Source of the DNA: an uncultured Candidatus Saccharibacteria bacterium
Lineage (GTDB): Bacteria; Patescibacteriota; Doudnabacteria; UBA920
DNA length: 64,000 nucleotides
NCBI GenBank assembly: GCA_964473815.1
Contig: CAYYQK010000004.1
Span: 68,493-132,492 of the forward strand
Direction: 5' to 3'
Within the stretch, counting starts at the first letter, position 1. Each line of letters starts with the position of its first letter. Below, piece by piece: positions 26,821 to 36,935 of this stretch. The position numbers and the translations under genes are program-made. The notes under the pieces were generated by a model. It saw only the letters and a list, made by a program, of their open reading frames with translations. It was not told the DNA's origin and did not search any database.

Positions 26821-26848
26821 ATCCCGGTTTAAATTAATTGTTAAATTT

Positions 26849-27388
26849 TTATTCAGCGGTGCGATCCGAAACGAACCGACCAATTAGAATCAAAAAGATG
26901 ACGGGTAGCACCAACCAAACAAATCCCGCGTTGGGATGCAAGAACAGAAACTGAATTAAAGGAGTAAAAGTATTTTTGATCTGGTCAGGTAAATAATTCA
27001 AGACGATGTTAATAAGCAAACCAACTTGCATTATGGTAAAAATTAAGACAAAGGGTAATGACAAAAGCTGTCTTCCATCAATTGAACTTTTGAATGCATA
27101 ACGACCTAGGAAAACAAAAAATATTAAAAACAAAATAACGAACGCTGCCAAGTCAGCCAAAGTAGCAGTGCCAAAATTTACACGCTCCGAAATTAGTTTT
27201 GTAAAAAATGGAGCCTGGATAACGAGTAACTGCGCCATATATGTGCTAACCAAAATTGTTAGCATGCGCCCGCGTCCGGCCGCAAAAGCAAACAATACGC
27301 TGGCCACGAGCCAGAATCCCAAAATAAAAATATCCCAAGATGGAGAGTGCCAGTTAAAAGTCTTTATTAAAAATTCAATTTGTGCCAT
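26849..27388 (-). CDS. hypothetical polytopic membrane protein
   Basis: Five or six hydrophobic helices. TATAAT promoter directly downstream of the preceding terminator. Confidence 0.45.
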   Translation of the reverse strand: MAQIEFLIKTFNWHSPSWDIFILGFWLVASVLFAFAAGRGRMLTILVSTYMAQLLVIQAPFFTKLISERVNFGTATLADLAAFVILFLIFFVFLGRYAFKSSIDGRQLLSLPFVLIFTIMQVGLLINIVLNYLPDQIKNTFTPLIQFLFLHPNAGFVWLVLPVIFLILIGRFVSDRTAE

Positions 27389-27505
27389 TTTGTTTCAATA
27401 CGTATCGATTTTCTATATTATACCACAAAAAAGAGGCTGTCACGATTGAGGTCGTGCACAGCCTGCTAGTTGTTCAGTTGCTTGTTCTATTTTTTGGTCA
27501 TCGGC

Positions 27506-27730
27506 TCAGCTTAGCCGGTTTTGGTGACGGGCTACATACTTTTTGAGCATGGCCCTTGAGATCTTCGATTTGGCATTATTTCGCTCGTTATCCCCTCCTT
27601 TTAGCCGTTGAGAATTTTCCATAGCGAGATCTATAACCTCGTTGATCAGTGATCGAATAACTTCGACACCATGATCATACAACACTATACGAGTGGGCGG
27701 GTTTTTGAACGCGCCGTTTATTTTTTTCAT
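27506..27730 (-). CDS. small protein with MerR-like HTH resemblance (possible HspR/CbpM-like), last gene of the dnaK-dnaJ unit
   Basis: GTGGAGGAAAC-ATG SD. KINGAFKNPPTRIVLYDHGVEV loosely matches the MerR HTH core (…RTLRYYE..GL). Weak call. Confidence 0.3.
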   Translation of the reverse strand: MKKINGAFKNPPTRIVLYDHGVEVIRSLINEVIDLAMENSQRLKGGDNERNNAKSKISRAMLKKYVARHQNRLS

Positions 27731-27752
27731 GTTTCCTCCACATGTTACAAAA

Positions 27753-28916
27753 CTAGAAATTATCTTTTATGGAATCCCAAAAAGTTTTATTTACCTCGAC
27801 GGTTTCACCTTTTATGTCTGCGAGCTCTTTCAAAAGTTCGGCTTCTTTCTTGGTGAGCTTGTTTGGGATAACCACGCGCGCAGTGATTAATAAATCTCCA
27901 CGCCGTCCCCCGCGGCCGGCGCCCACTTCTGGAACGCCTTTACCGCCAACCTTAAAAACTTTTCCCGGCTGAGTACCGGCAGGAATTTTTAATTCAATGT
28001 CGCCATCCAAGGTTGCGACTTTAACTTTTGTTCCCAGCGCAGCCTGCGTAAAGCTCACCGGAATTTCTTTTAACAAAGTTTGCCCATCCCGCACGAATTC
28101 TTTTGACGGGCGAACTCGAATCAATAAATATAAATCACCAGGGTCGGAATTACGATACCCCAATTCTCCTTCGCCATTAATGCGAATGCGTTGGTTACTA
28201 TCTATGCCGGCAGGAATTGAAACTTCCAAAGTTTTTTCCTGACGCAGAATGCCCTCGCCCTTACAAGTTTTACAAGGAACTTCCGGAACTTTGCCATCAC
28301 CGCCGCAGCGATCACAAGTTTTACTAGAAGCAACTGCGCCAAAAATTGTATTACGCTGAGTCCGGATTTGCCCTTGTCCATGACAAACTGGACACGTATC
28401 AATTTTAGTGCCTGGTTCGCCACCACTACCATTACAAGTTTTACACTTATCTTTTTTCTCAAGTGTGATGGTTTTCTTCACGCCAAAAACAGCCTCTTCA
28501 AATTCAATTGTGAGAGGCATTTCTAAATCGATACCACGGCGGTTAGCTTGGCGCGAATCCCGCGAGCCAAACAAATCACCAAAGATATCCCCAAGATCAA
28601 ATTCAACACCACCCTGGCCAAAGCCACCAAAGCCGCCGCCAAAAGGGTTGCCGCCAGCACCGCCAAAACCACCAAAACCAGGACCACCGCCCTGGCGTTG
28701 TGCTTGCTCAAAAGTTTGGCCGTATTGGTCGTACTGACCGCGCTTTTCAGCATCTGATAAGACCTGATAAGCTTCGTTTACTTCCTTGAATTTAGCGTCA
28801 TTTCCCTCGCCTTTATCGGGATGGTACTTATGAGCCAATTTACGGTAAGCTTTTTTGATGTCATCTGCAGAAGCCGATTTTTCGACTCCTAAAATTTTAT
28901 AATAATCGTCTGCCAT
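27753..28916 (-). CDS. dnaJ: molecular chaperone DnaJ
   Basis: J-domain (YYKILGV…HPDK), G/F-rich linker, four CxxCxGxG zinc-finger repeats, C-terminal domains. Confidence 0.95.
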   Translation of the reverse strand: MADDYYKILGVEKSASADDIKKAYRKLAHKYHPDKGEGNDAKFKEVNEAYQVLSDAEKRGQYDQYGQTFEQAQRQGGGPGFGGFGGAGGNPFGGGFGGFGQGGVEFDLGDIFGDLFGSRDSRQANRRGIDLEMPLTIEFEEAVFGVKKTITLEKKDKCKTCNGSGGEPGTKIDTCPVCHGQGQIRTQRNTIFGAVASSKTCDRCGGDGKVPEVPCKTCKGEGILRQEKTLEVSIPAGIDSNQRIRINGEGELGYRNSDPGDLYLLIRVRPSKEFVRDGQTLLKEIPVSFTQAALGTKVKVATLDGDIELKIPAGTQPGKVFKVGGKGVPEVGAGRGGRRGDLLITARVVIPNKLTKKEAELLKELADIKGETVEVNKTFWDSIKDNF

Positions 28917-28927
28917 TGACTGAAATT

Positions 28928-29168
28928 TTGAATTTTGAACTTAAGGGTTTATAATTTTAATGGGTCTAATAGTTGAGGGCTCGCAACCAAATTTGGTCAT
29001 TCGGCTAACGCACTATCAGGAGGACACCTATGAAACCACCCAAGCGTCGATAGACGCACGAGTGCCAAAAATTGATACGATCATCAATCAAAGGTAGAAT
29101 TTGTTTTTTCCACTGAACTACCCTCCTCCTACGGCGACCAGCCCCCGACTGGCCGCCCCTCTTTTTTT
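28928..29168 (+). ncRNA. candidate small RNA / regulatory unit antisense within the dnaK-dnaJ spacer (promoter to terminator)
   Basis: TTGAAT-16-TATAAT promoter (28928-28955). 8-codon ORF MKPPKRR* at 29030..29053 behind a perfect AGGAGG SD. ccctcctcct anti-SD-like tract at 29121-29130. GC-rich hairpin + T7 at 29133..29168. Confidence 0.35.
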
Positions 29169-29176
29169 ATAATTTG

Positions 29177-31084
29177 TTATTTAGTTTCGTCTTTACCGTC
29201 TTCGTCTTTAGGAACTTCTGTGTATTCTGCATCTACGGGTTTTTCGTCACCTGGAATTTCTTTTTCTTGTGGATCTACTGTACCAGCATCGCCTGGTTGC
29301 TGGCCGCCTGCTTCGTACATAGCTGCACCAACTTTTTGGATTGCATCTGAGAGTGCTTGCAACTTAGTTTGAATTGCTTCCACATCTTCCTTGTCTTTAA
29401 CTTCTTTCAATTCTGTGATCGCAGTTTCAACTGCGGTTTTATCTTCTGCTTTTACTTTATCGCCGGCATCTTTAAGAGTTTTCTCTGATACAGCAATGAG
29501 TGTGTCAGCTTCGTTGCGCTTGTCTACCAATTCACGACGCTTACGGTCGTCAGAAGCGTGCGCTTCCGCTTCCTGCTTCATGCGTTCAACATCTTCTTTT
29601 GAAAGAGAAGATGAACCCTGAATAGTAATGTGCGCATCTTTGCCTGAAGCTTTGTCCTTGGCAGTAACTTTTAGAATACCGTTGGCGTCAATGTCGAAAG
29701 TAACTTCCACTTGCGGAACACCACGAGGCGCTGGTGGAATACCGTCCAAGTTAAATGTCCCGAGCGATTTGTTGTCAGCAGCAAATTCGCGTTCCCCTTG
29801 CAAGACATGTACTTGCACAGATGGTTGATTGTCAGCAGCTGTGGAGAAAACCTGCGACTTTGAAGTTGGGATAGTTGTATTGCGGTCGATCAATGGAGTA
29901 CGAACACCACCCAAAGTTTCAATACCGAGAGTAAGAGGAGTTACATCGAGCAACAAAATTTCTTTGCCTTGTACTTCCCCGCCGAGTACGCCGGCTTGTA
30001 CAGCTGCGCCCTTAGCTACTGCTTCCATTGGATCGACACCGCGTTCCACTTGCTTGCCAATGTAGTCTTCTACGAATTTTTGAACAGCAGGCATGCGGGT
30101 TGGACCACCGATCAAAATAATTTTATCGATAGCTTGTGGAGTTAAGCCAGCGTCTTTAATTGCTTGTTCAACAGGAGCGCGCATCTTAGAAATAATTGGT
30201 TTTACCAAATCTTCTAATTTTGCACGAGTAATCTTCATTTCTAAGTTTTGAGAACCAGATTCATTTTGTGCAATAAAAGGCAGAATAATATCAGTTTCCA
30301 AAGTTGTGGAAAGTTCAATCTTCGCTTTTTCAGCTGCTTCGCGGACACGATTCATAGCCATTTTGTCTGCGGTCACATCAATTCCAGATTGATTTTTAAA
30401 TTCACCGGTAATGTAATCAATCAAAGCAGCGTCCATGTCTTTACCACCGAGAGCAGTATCACCAGACGTAGACTTTACTTCAAAAGTAGCCTGAGTCTTA
30501 CCGTCTTCTTCCATTTCGGAAAATTCCATGATAGTCACATCCAAAGTTCCGCCACCAAGGTCGAACACTAAAATCTTTTGGTCAGCCTGGCCAGTTTTGT
30601 CGATACCATACGCAAACGCAGCCGCGGTTGGTTCGTTAATTACACGAACGACCTCAAGACCTGCGATTTCACCGGCTTGCTTAGTTGCCTGACGTTGAGC
30701 GTCGTCGAAATAGGCCGGTACAGTAATAACGGCTTTCTCTACTTTATCGCCCAGGTAGGCTTCTGCGTCACGCTTAATTTTTTGCAAAATGAACGCGCTG
30801 ATTTGTTCAGGACTGTATTCCTTACCAGCAATGTTGTATCGAAAATTCGTACCCATTTTGCGCTTGGCTTCGAATACTGTCCCTTCCGGGTTAGTTACGG
30901 CCTGACGGCGTGCTGGTTCACCAACAAGGAGTTGGCCATCTTTTGTGAATGCAACGTACGATGGGAAGGCTTTACCGCCTATGCTATTCCCTTCTGCTGC
31001 AGGGATGATCACTGGCTTGCCGCCTTCAATTGCAGCTGCAGCCGAGTTGCTAGTCCCTAAGTCTATTCCTATAATTTTTGGCAT
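29177..31084 (-). CDS. dnaK: molecular chaperone DnaK (Hsp70)
   Basis: [29 protein letters not shown]-type motifs, full Hsp70 architecture, acidic C-terminal tail. Confidence 0.95.
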   Translation of the reverse strand: MPKIIGIDLGTSNSAAAAIEGGKPVIIPAAEGNSIGGKAFPSYVAFTKDGQLLVGEPARRQAVTNPEGTVFEAKRKMGTNFRYNIAGKEYSPEQISAFILQKIKRDAEAYLGDKVEKAVITVPAYFDDAQRQATKQAGEIAGLEVVRVINEPTAAAFAYGIDKTGQADQKILVFDLGGGTLDVTIMEFSEMEEDGKTQATFEVKSTSGDTALGGKDMDAALIDYITGEFKNQSGIDVTADKMAMNRVREAAEKAKIELSTTLETDIILPFIAQNESGSQNLEMKITRAKLEDLVKPIISKMRAPVEQAIKDAGLTPQAIDKIILIGGPTRMPAVQKFVEDYIGKQVERGVDPMEAVAKGAAVQAGVLGGEVQGKEILLLDVTPLTLGIETLGGVRTPLIDRNTTIPTSKSQVFSTAADNQPSVQVHVLQGEREFAADNKSLGTFNLDGIPPAPRGVPQVEVTFDIDANGILKVTAKDKASGKDAHITIQGSSSLSKEDVERMKQEAEAHASDDRKRRELVDKRNEADTLIAVSEKTLKDAGDKVKAEDKTAVETAITELKEVKDKEDVEAIQTKLQALSDAIQKVGAAMYEAGGQQPGDAGTVDPQEKEIPGDEKPVDAEYTEVPKDEDGKDETK

Positions 31085-31111
31085 ATGTTTAGTTCTGATT
31101 AATTATCTTGA

Positions 31112-31396
31112 TTATTCTTCTGTTTGGAAACCCATTGGTTTCTGTTGAGTTTGATTCGGTTGTGCTTTTGGTAATTCGGTTTTTAATTCACCATACTGCT
31201 TTTCGTAAGCTTCGATGGCGTTGTTGAGCACCATAGCGAATCGCTTGGCATGTTTCGGCGCGAGTGAATACTGACGCGCGTTGTTGCCGGACATCAGCAG
31301 CATTATGAATTCTTCTTCACCGGCATTTAAATTGATGTTGCTGATTGTAAATACATTTGGCTCCAAATTAATTTGGATTTGTTGTTGTTCTGGCAT
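31112..31396 (-). CDS. DUF3467-like small protein
   Basis: INLEPNVFTISNINLNAGEEEFIMLLM pattern resembles DUF3467. Embedded in the dnaK operon. Confidence 0.35.
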   Translation of the reverse strand: MPEQQQIQINLEPNVFTISNINLNAGEEEFIMLLMSGNNARQYSLAPKHAKRFAMVLNNAIEAYEKQYGELKTELPKAQPNQTQQKPMGFQTEE

Positions 31397-31406
31397 TGTT
31401 TTAAAG

Positions 31407-31619
31407 TTATTTTGTTACTAAGACTGCGAGGATGATTAGCAAGACAATTGCTACCGCTCCAAAAATTAATCTTAGCTTGATACCTTTGAGGCCTGCATGT
31501 TTAAATTCGAATGGTAATTTACTTCCTACAAATTTATATGGTGCATATTGATTCCGCTGCCAATCTTCCAAGTCGCCCATATATTCTTTTGCTTCTTTAG
31601 CTTTTTGATCTTTTGCCAT
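31407..31619 (-). CDS. hypothetical small membrane protein
   Basis: Start at MAKDQKAK (GGGAAGGA SD), C-terminal TM helix. Confidence 0.4.
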   Translation of the reverse strand: MAKDQKAKEAKEYMGDLEDWQRNQYAPYKFVGSKLPFEFKHAGLKGIKLRLIFGAVAIVLLIILAVLVTK

Positions 31620-31621
31620 TT

Positions 31622-31846
31622 TTATCCTTCCCACCCATAAGTTTTTCCGTTGAGTTCACACTCTCCCACCAGTGGATTTGTGGAGACTGACTTACCACCT
31701 TTAGCGAAACAGTCTTGGTATTGCTGACGCATTTCGTCAATTGTTTTCGGTGGATTTGGATTGACATAAGTCATGTAGCCAACAAATATTCCGTATATAC
31801 TTAGTGCGATGGCAATGGTAACTAGAGAAATTCTTAAAAGTCTCAT
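31622..31846 (-). CDS. hypothetical small secreted/membrane protein
   Basis: N-terminal TM/signal (LVTIAIALSIYGIFVGY), two Cys. Confidence 0.4.
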   Translation of the reverse strand: MRLLRISLVTIAIALSIYGIFVGYMTYVNPNPPKTIDEMRQQYQDCFAKGGKSVSTNPLVGECELNGKTYGWEG

Positions 31847-31847
31847 A

Positions 31848-32357
31848 TTATTGCTGTTTACTAATTACCACTTGGCTCGGTCGGATGACTTTGCCATTTA
31901 TCTCATATCCTGTAAGTAAAACCTCAGTAATTAGACCATCTTCCTCCCCTACAACCTCACGAATAGCTTCATGAAGATGAGGATCAAATTTTTGTCCCAC
32001 ATCAGCTTGCACCGGTTTTATACCCATCTCTCCTAAAGTTTGTCCCAATTGATTCATTGTATGTTGGATTCCTTTTAACCAATTTGGATCAACGTCTTGT
32101 GGAACATGTTTAAGACCTTGCAATAAAGTATCTAGCGTTGGTAATAGTTTTACAATCGTTACTTCTTTTGCAAAATCGAGAATGTCTTTCTGCTTTTCTT
32201 CTTCGCGCTTCTGATAGTTTGCAAAGTCAGCTTGCGCACGCTGCCATCCGGCTAAGTTCGTCGCGGCTTCTTCCTGTGCTTCCGCAAGTTGGCGTTCGAG
32301 ATCACTCGACTGAACATCATCTTGCAATTCTTGTTCGTCTAAATTATTTTCGTCCAT
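31848..32357 (-). CDS. grpE: nucleotide exchange factor GrpE
   Basis: Coiled-coil N-terminus and GrpE C-terminal β-domain (…LTGYEINGKVIRPSQVVISK). Confidence 0.85.
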   Translation of the reverse strand: MDENNLDEQELQDDVQSSDLERQLAEAQEEAATNLAGWQRAQADFANYQKREEEKQKDILDFAKEVTIVKLLPTLDTLLQGLKHVPQDVDPNWLKGIQHTMNQLGQTLGEMGIKPVQADVGQKFDPHLHEAIREVVGEEDGLITEVLLTGYEINGKVIRPSQVVISKQQ

Positions 32358-33104
32358 CTATTTCAAAATTAAGAATAAGAGAAATACGGCGGCGCCTCCA
32401 CCAATTAACTTAGTAATGTATTCCATCAACGAAATATTTTTCTGGTACTGCATAGCCTTCGGACCGATCAAACCAATCACACCTTTCTTACCAGATGGCA
32501 ATTGCAATCCAGAAACAATCATGGTGTAGTCAGAATTTTTGGAAAGCGTTAATTCTTTCCCGATAAATGTCGTAGGCTGTTCGTCACGGTAGTTAGTTAG
32601 CATTTCGTCTGCGTATTCATCGATGTTGTCAAAAAACTCTGCGATCTCACGGGCATCTTCGGGAAGCAACGAGTGATTGTCCATTATATTAGACAAACCA
32701 ACTGTAGAAATTTCTTCCGGGAAAACTGCAAAGCTGGCTTGCGCTGTATGCGCGGATAAAACTTTCGCAATGCGGCGACCGATTTCAGCATTTGCTGCTT
32801 GGAGTTTTAGAATCTCAGTGCGTAATGTTTCCTGCTCGCGCATCGAAAGTTTTACCCGGTCCATCAGTTGGTTAACAAAATAGCGGAAACCTTCATCAGT
32901 TGGCACGCGTCCAGCGCTAGTATGCGGCTGACGGATGTAGCCCATCGACTCGAGGGCGGCCATTTCGTTACGGATCGTTGCTGAGCTAAGACCGAAGTCA
33001 AATTTTTCCACTAAGTCCCGACTAGCTACTGGCTGGCCTTCTTCACAGTTTAGTTTTACGATTGCAGCCAAAATTTTGGCTTGTCTTTGCGATAATTCGT
33101 CCAT
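32358..33104 (-). CDS. hrcA: heat-inducible transcription repressor HrcA (short, 248 aa)
   Basis: N-terminal winged helix (RQAKILAAIV…GQPVASRDL…SSATIRNEMAALESMGYIRQPHTSAGRVPTDEGFRYFV). CIRCE operator directly upstream. Confidence 0.8.
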   Translation of the reverse strand: MDELSQRQAKILAAIVKLNCEEGQPVASRDLVEKFDFGLSSATIRNEMAALESMGYIRQPHTSAGRVPTDEGFRYFVNQLMDRVKLSMREQETLRTEILKLQAANAEIGRRIAKVLSAHTAQASFAVFPEEISTVGLSNIMDNHSLLPEDAREIAEFFDNIDEYADEMLTNYRDEQPTTFIGKELTLSKNSDYTMIVSGLQLPSGKKGVIGLIGPKAMQYQKNISLMEYITKLIGGGAAVFLLFLILK

Positions 33105-33143
33105 TTGTAAGAAGCGAATTTAATAATTTTTGACACTAAAATC

Positions 33144-33173
33144 AGTATAAAACTGAATTAGCACTCTGTCAAG
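33144..33173 (-). promoter_or_regulatory. hrcA-operon promoter (TTGACA-17-TATACT) whose -35 lies in the CIRCE spacer
   Basis: Reverse complement: TTGACAgagtgctaattcagtttTATACT. The -35 equals the complement of the CIRCE spacer tgtcaa. Confidence 0.6.
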
Positions 33174-33184
33174 TAGAGTGCTAA
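33158..33184. promoter_or_regulatory. CIRCE element (HrcA operator)
   Basis: TTAGCACTC-tgtcaagta-GAGTGCTAA, a perfect match to the consensus TTAGCACTC-N9-GAGTGCTAA. It sits 54-80 nt upstream of the hrcA start. Confidence 0.9.
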
Positions 33185-33223
33185 CTTTCCTGCTAATTTT
33201 GCCAGGCGTGCTAAAATGATTCT

Positions 33224-34291
33224 ATGACTAAATCGAGGCAGCTATGGCGCTGGGCTCTAATTATCCTGCTAATGGTACTAATTTTGGCAGGTGGTGGAGT
33301 CTGGTACGCTAAAGCTGGCAACAAATCTGTCCCGGTTATTTCCCAAGCACTGGATCGCCTCTCGGATAACAAAGACGAACCTGCGCAACCGCAGCAGCAA
33401 ATAGAATTTAAAAACTATGGCCCGGCGCCAGAGTTTCCCAAAAACACCAAGTGGCTTTCGGGCGATGCCCAAAGTATGGCCAGCCTGAAAGGCAAAGTTG
33501 TAATGGTGAGTTTTTGGACTTACGCGTCTATGAATAGTTCGAGCACTAATCCGACTTTGAACAATTGGCAAAATAAATACCGTGACAACGGTTTACAAAT
33601 TATTGGTGTGCATACGCCGCAGTACGCGTTTGAAAAAATTAGTGACAACGTAACTAATGCTATCAAAACTCAGGGCATTAATTTTCCAGTTGTCCAAGAC
33701 AACGACTACAAAATTTGGTCAGCGTATCATAATCAGTTTTGGCCAGCGATTTACTTAGTAGATCCGAACGGGAATATTGTTTATACTCATTACGGTGAAA
33801 GTGATTATGACACAATTGAAAAAGCCACTCGTAAAGTGTTAGGGTTGGATGGAAATTACACTCCCCCACCAGCAGCAGCACAGGACCAATCGCACACTCC
33901 GCAAATATATTTAGGTCTCGCCAAGTTAACACAATTTGGCAACAGTGAAAAAGCTGCGACCACTGAACAAATTTTTTCTTATCCCAAAAAACTTGGTGAC
34001 AGTAAATTTGCCCTAGAAGGACAATGGGTATTCAACCAAGAAGCCGCTATCCATACCAATGGCTTTGCCCGCTTAAAATTAAATTTTGATGCCGCCAAAG
34101 TTTTCATGGTAGCCCAATCTGCAGAGCCAACTACAATCAGAGTATATGTAGATGGTGTTTTAGTTAAAGGAGTTGTGGTTTCAGATTCGCAGTTGTATCA
34201 ACTATATGATTCATTGGCAGGAGGCAAACATACTCTTGAATTAGAAATTCCCGATAAAGGTTTTCAGGTTACCACATTTACTTTTAGCTAA
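33224..34291 (+). CDS. membrane-anchored thioredoxin-fold (TlpA/redoxin-like) protein lacking the CxxC motif, with a C-terminal β-rich domain
   Basis: KGKVVMVSFWTYASMNSSS aligns with the redoxin pattern VNFWASWCxPC, but both Cys are replaced (ASMN). N-terminal TM. TAAAAT lies 6 nt before the ATG. Confidence 0.5.
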   Translation: MTKSRQLWRWALIILLMVLILAGGGVWYAKAGNKSVPVISQALDRLSDNKDEPAQPQQQIEFKNYGPAPEFPKNTKWLSGDAQSMASLKGKVVMVSFWTYASMNSSSTNPTLNNWQNKYRDNGLQIIGVHTPQYAFEKISDNVTNAIKTQGINFPVVQDNDYKIWSAYHNQFWPAIYLVDPNGNIVYTHYGESDYDTIEKATRKVLGLDGNYTPPPAAAQDQSHTPQIYLGLAKLTQFGNSEKAATTEQIFSYPKKLGDSKFALEGQWVFNQEAAIHTNGFARLKLNFDAAKVFMVAQSAEPTTIRVYVDGVLVKGVVVSDSQLYQLYDSLAGGKHTLELEIPDKGFQVTTFTFS

Positions 34292-34351
34292 GAGGAAAAC
34301 TTTAGTCTATTCATATTTTTTTAAGATCTTACAATTAGACTTTAAATGTAA

Positions 34352-34390
34352 AAACTCGAGTAGGTATTGCCGTGGCTCGAGTTTTTGTGT
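34352..34390 (+). terminator. intrinsic terminator
   Basis: actcgag…ctcgagt hairpin + TTTTTGTGTG. Confidence 0.55.
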
Positions 34391-34425
34391 GTAATTTTAT
34401 CTTTTCAAAAATCAAGGGGGTTTAA

Positions 34426-35607
34426 ATGACAAAACCAAGAACATGGTATTTAACTGCATCATTCGATACGGCGTTTGCTTATCGCAAGGATGGCAGTATC
34501 TTGGATGAAAGTGTATTTGCTAAACATCATTTACATCGGGCGCAACACTATCACATTGCGCGTGAGGAATTTGGCTTTCAGCAATTTCGTGATGGCATTA
34601 TTTGGTCACAGTTTATAACTGGGTCATGTCAGGCAGATTGGAGCAAGTTTGAACATCATTTGGAAGAACTTGCGAAGCTGAGCTGTCTGAATGGTCAACC
34701 AGAAATCGATTTGGTGTTGTTACACTATGGCATGCCGCATTTGCAAGCTACGGATATGCTCAACGGGCGCTTCGCAGACTTCCTGGAACTAATCGCTTAT
34801 TTAGTTACGACTAAATGGCGGGAATGTTTCAGTAGTTATGTGGTGTCCGTAGAAAACGGCTATGCGACTGCCATGCAAACCGATTTGCAACAATGGCGCT
34901 ATAGCGAAACGGTTGCAGAGAAAAAACTATCCTGGTGGGAATTATTTGAGATGCGCATGAAGGCGGTCATCCGCATGGCAAAAGCTCTCAAGCAATTCGA
35001 TCCGAAAACACCCAGGCTGGCATGTGAGCCGTTTTACAAAAGCGATGTCAGTTTTCGTGACCAGGTTCGGTCTTTGCGCACCATGCTCGGATATCCGGAC
35101 AAGGTTGCTCAAAAATTTTCTCCCAGCCAGGCAACAACTTTTGGAGGTGAACCTGATTTGCTGACCGACATCGGAGTAAATTACTACGGCAATCAGGCGG
35201 ATGATTTTGATAATCCGCAATGGCCACTCTCGAAGTTGTTGCTGCGGGCATGGAAACGATTTCCAAATTACAATCTGCGCATTGCCGAAACCGGTAATTG
35301 CCAGGTTGAAAACCTGGGGATCAGCACTGAACGTTGGCTGGAAATGCTCGATCACGAACTTAACCTGGCTAACAGCCAAGGTGCGAACGTGCAAAACGTT
35401 ACCTGGGCACCGTTTCTTACCATCGAAGACTTTACCGAACCGGGGATACTATCACCGGGATCGTTAATGGATTCGCAAACATTACGCCCAGATCCACAAC
35501 TCGTAAAAGTGGTAAGGCAATACACAGACAAAGCAGCTGCTCTCCTACAACAGGGCAGCTTTTTTTATCTAGAGTTTATTTTAATTCAATTAAATCTGCT
35601 AAATTAG
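34426..35607 (+). CDS. TIM-barrel glycoside-hydrolase-like protein (GH1-like, divergent)
   Basis: LRIAETGN resembles the GH1 nucleophile motif I-T-E-N-G. SD AAGGGGG. Weak. Confidence 0.3.
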   Translation: MTKPRTWYLTASFDTAFAYRKDGSILDESVFAKHHLHRAQHYHIAREEFGFQQFRDGIIWSQFITGSCQADWSKFEHHLEELAKLSCLNGQPEIDLVLLHYGMPHLQATDMLNGRFADFLELIAYLVTTKWRECFSSYVVSVENGYATAMQTDLQQWRYSETVAEKKLSWWELFEMRMKAVIRMAKALKQFDPKTPRLACEPFYKSDVSFRDQVRSLRTMLGYPDKVAQKFSPSQATTFGGEPDLLTDIGVNYYGNQADDFDNPQWPLSKLLLRAWKRFPNYNLRIAETGNCQVENLGISTERWLEMLDHELNLANSQGANVQNVTWAPFLTIEDFTEPGILSPGSLMDSQTLRPDPQLVKVVRQYTDKAAALLQQGSFFYLEFILIQLNLLN

Positions 35608-36868
35608 CGATTCCGAAAGGTACAATCATTTCTTCCTGGGAAAGCCCACCATGCAAACCGCGTTGCTTATATTCTCGCTTCCCTTCCGGGGCAAACCACA
35701 CCTGATAGTGCGGGAATGGCAAAATTAAAACATTGCCGGCCCGATTCCAAAAGCGTCTGGTGGGATGATATAATCCAAACAATCCCCGCTTCACCGCTTC
35801 TTCCGTTGTTAACACTTCAGCAATATCAGCTAACTCTTCCTGTAAATAATCAATTACTTTATGAATACGGTCAGGACGAATGTAAAGCAACACATCGTTG
35901 GGACTGCCGGTAGGAACAATTAGTTCGCCATCCTGATTGCGTTGCAAGTTATCCCAAACAATTGGAAAGTCATCCAGATAAATAAGATTGTCATGAGTCA
36001 CTGAAATCTGGCCGTGGTCTGCGCTGAGAATTACTGTGATGTCGCGCGCGGCTTCTTTATCAAAATCTTGAAGTAAACCGTTGTACATCAGTTGAGAAAA
36101 AGATTGAATAGCCTGACGATGCTCTAAACTGTTCGGCCCGTACATATGAGCTGGTTTATCAATTTCGTCAGTATAGACATGATAAAAACCCCGCCCTTGT
36201 TCAGATAACAAAGATTGTTTCAGAAGTGCAACCAACTCACGACCGTCATCATAACCAATCATTCTGCTACCGCGCTGCACAGCATCGCGATAGACAGAAG
36301 GTAAATAACCTTTAAACAAAAAAGCGTACGGGGTAATACCGTTCTCACCCAAGATCTCATATAAACTTTCGCGTTCATACAACATTTGCGGAGTGCCGCC
36401 AAGAGTGCTGAGGTGATTTATCTCTTCGAATTTGTTCGATCGGAACTGCATTGGCATAATTACTTTTTGAAATTCTTCGAAGTATGTAAACCACTCAACC
36501 AAACCATGCTCCTGAGGGGTATAGCCTGTATGAATTGTTGTCAGTGCAGCAGGTGTAGTCGACGGGAAAACAGAAGTAATTGGATAGACATCACCTCGCT
36601 TCATGAAGGCATCAAAAAAAGGCGTGCCGGTTCCATGTTCCAGCAAGTGACTAAACCCGAGACCATCAATAATTAATAATATAGTTTGTCGGCGCTCTTT
36701 GCCGTGAAAAAAATCCGTTGGGAAAGTGTGGCGCGCTGTTGGTATGTTGTAGATCGTACGAATTGTGGGTTCAATTTCTGCGATAGAATACCTGCCGTAA
36801 TATGGATATACAAATGGGCCGTGTTTTTTCTCTTCTAAAATTTGATGCAATAAATCATGATGTACCAT
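35576..36868 (-). CDS. alkaline-phosphatase-superfamily phosphodiesterase / nucleotide pyrophosphatase-like protein
   Basis: LLIIDGLGFS… and ITSVFPSTTPAALTTIHTGYTPQEHGLVEW match the NPP/AlkP core (PSxTxPNH…TG..P..HG). Confidence 0.55.
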   Translation of the reverse strand: MVHHDLLHQILEEKKHGPFVYPYYGRYSIAEIEPTIRTIYNIPTARHTFPTDFFHGKERRQTILLIIDGLGFSHLLEHGTGTPFFDAFMKRGDVYPITSVFPSTTPAALTTIHTGYTPQEHGLVEWFTYFEEFQKVIMPMQFRSNKFEEINHLSTLGGTPQMLYERESLYEILGENGITPYAFLFKGYLPSVYRDAVQRGSRMIGYDDGRELVALLKQSLLSEQGRGFYHVYTDEIDKPAHMYGPNSLEHRQAIQSFSQLMYNGLLQDFDKEAARDITVILSADHGQISVTHDNLIYLDDFPIVWDNLQRNQDGELIVPTGSPNDVLLYIRPDRIHKVIDYLQEELADIAEVLTTEEAVKRGLFGLYHPTRRFWNRAGNVLILPFPHYQVWFAPEGKREYKQRGLHGGLSQEEMIVPFGIANLADLIELK

Positions 36869-36935
36869 TACGAATCAATGGTACTGCTGATAGATAAATA
36901 TAAAATGAATATGGGGTTTAGCTGTTGTGGAGCCG

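Noticed and set aside
26849-26883. 35-nt overlap between ORFs 26518..26883 and 26849..27388
   Set aside because: Resolved by using the internal ATG (26820) of the downstream ORF; an overlap this long in different frames is unlikely.
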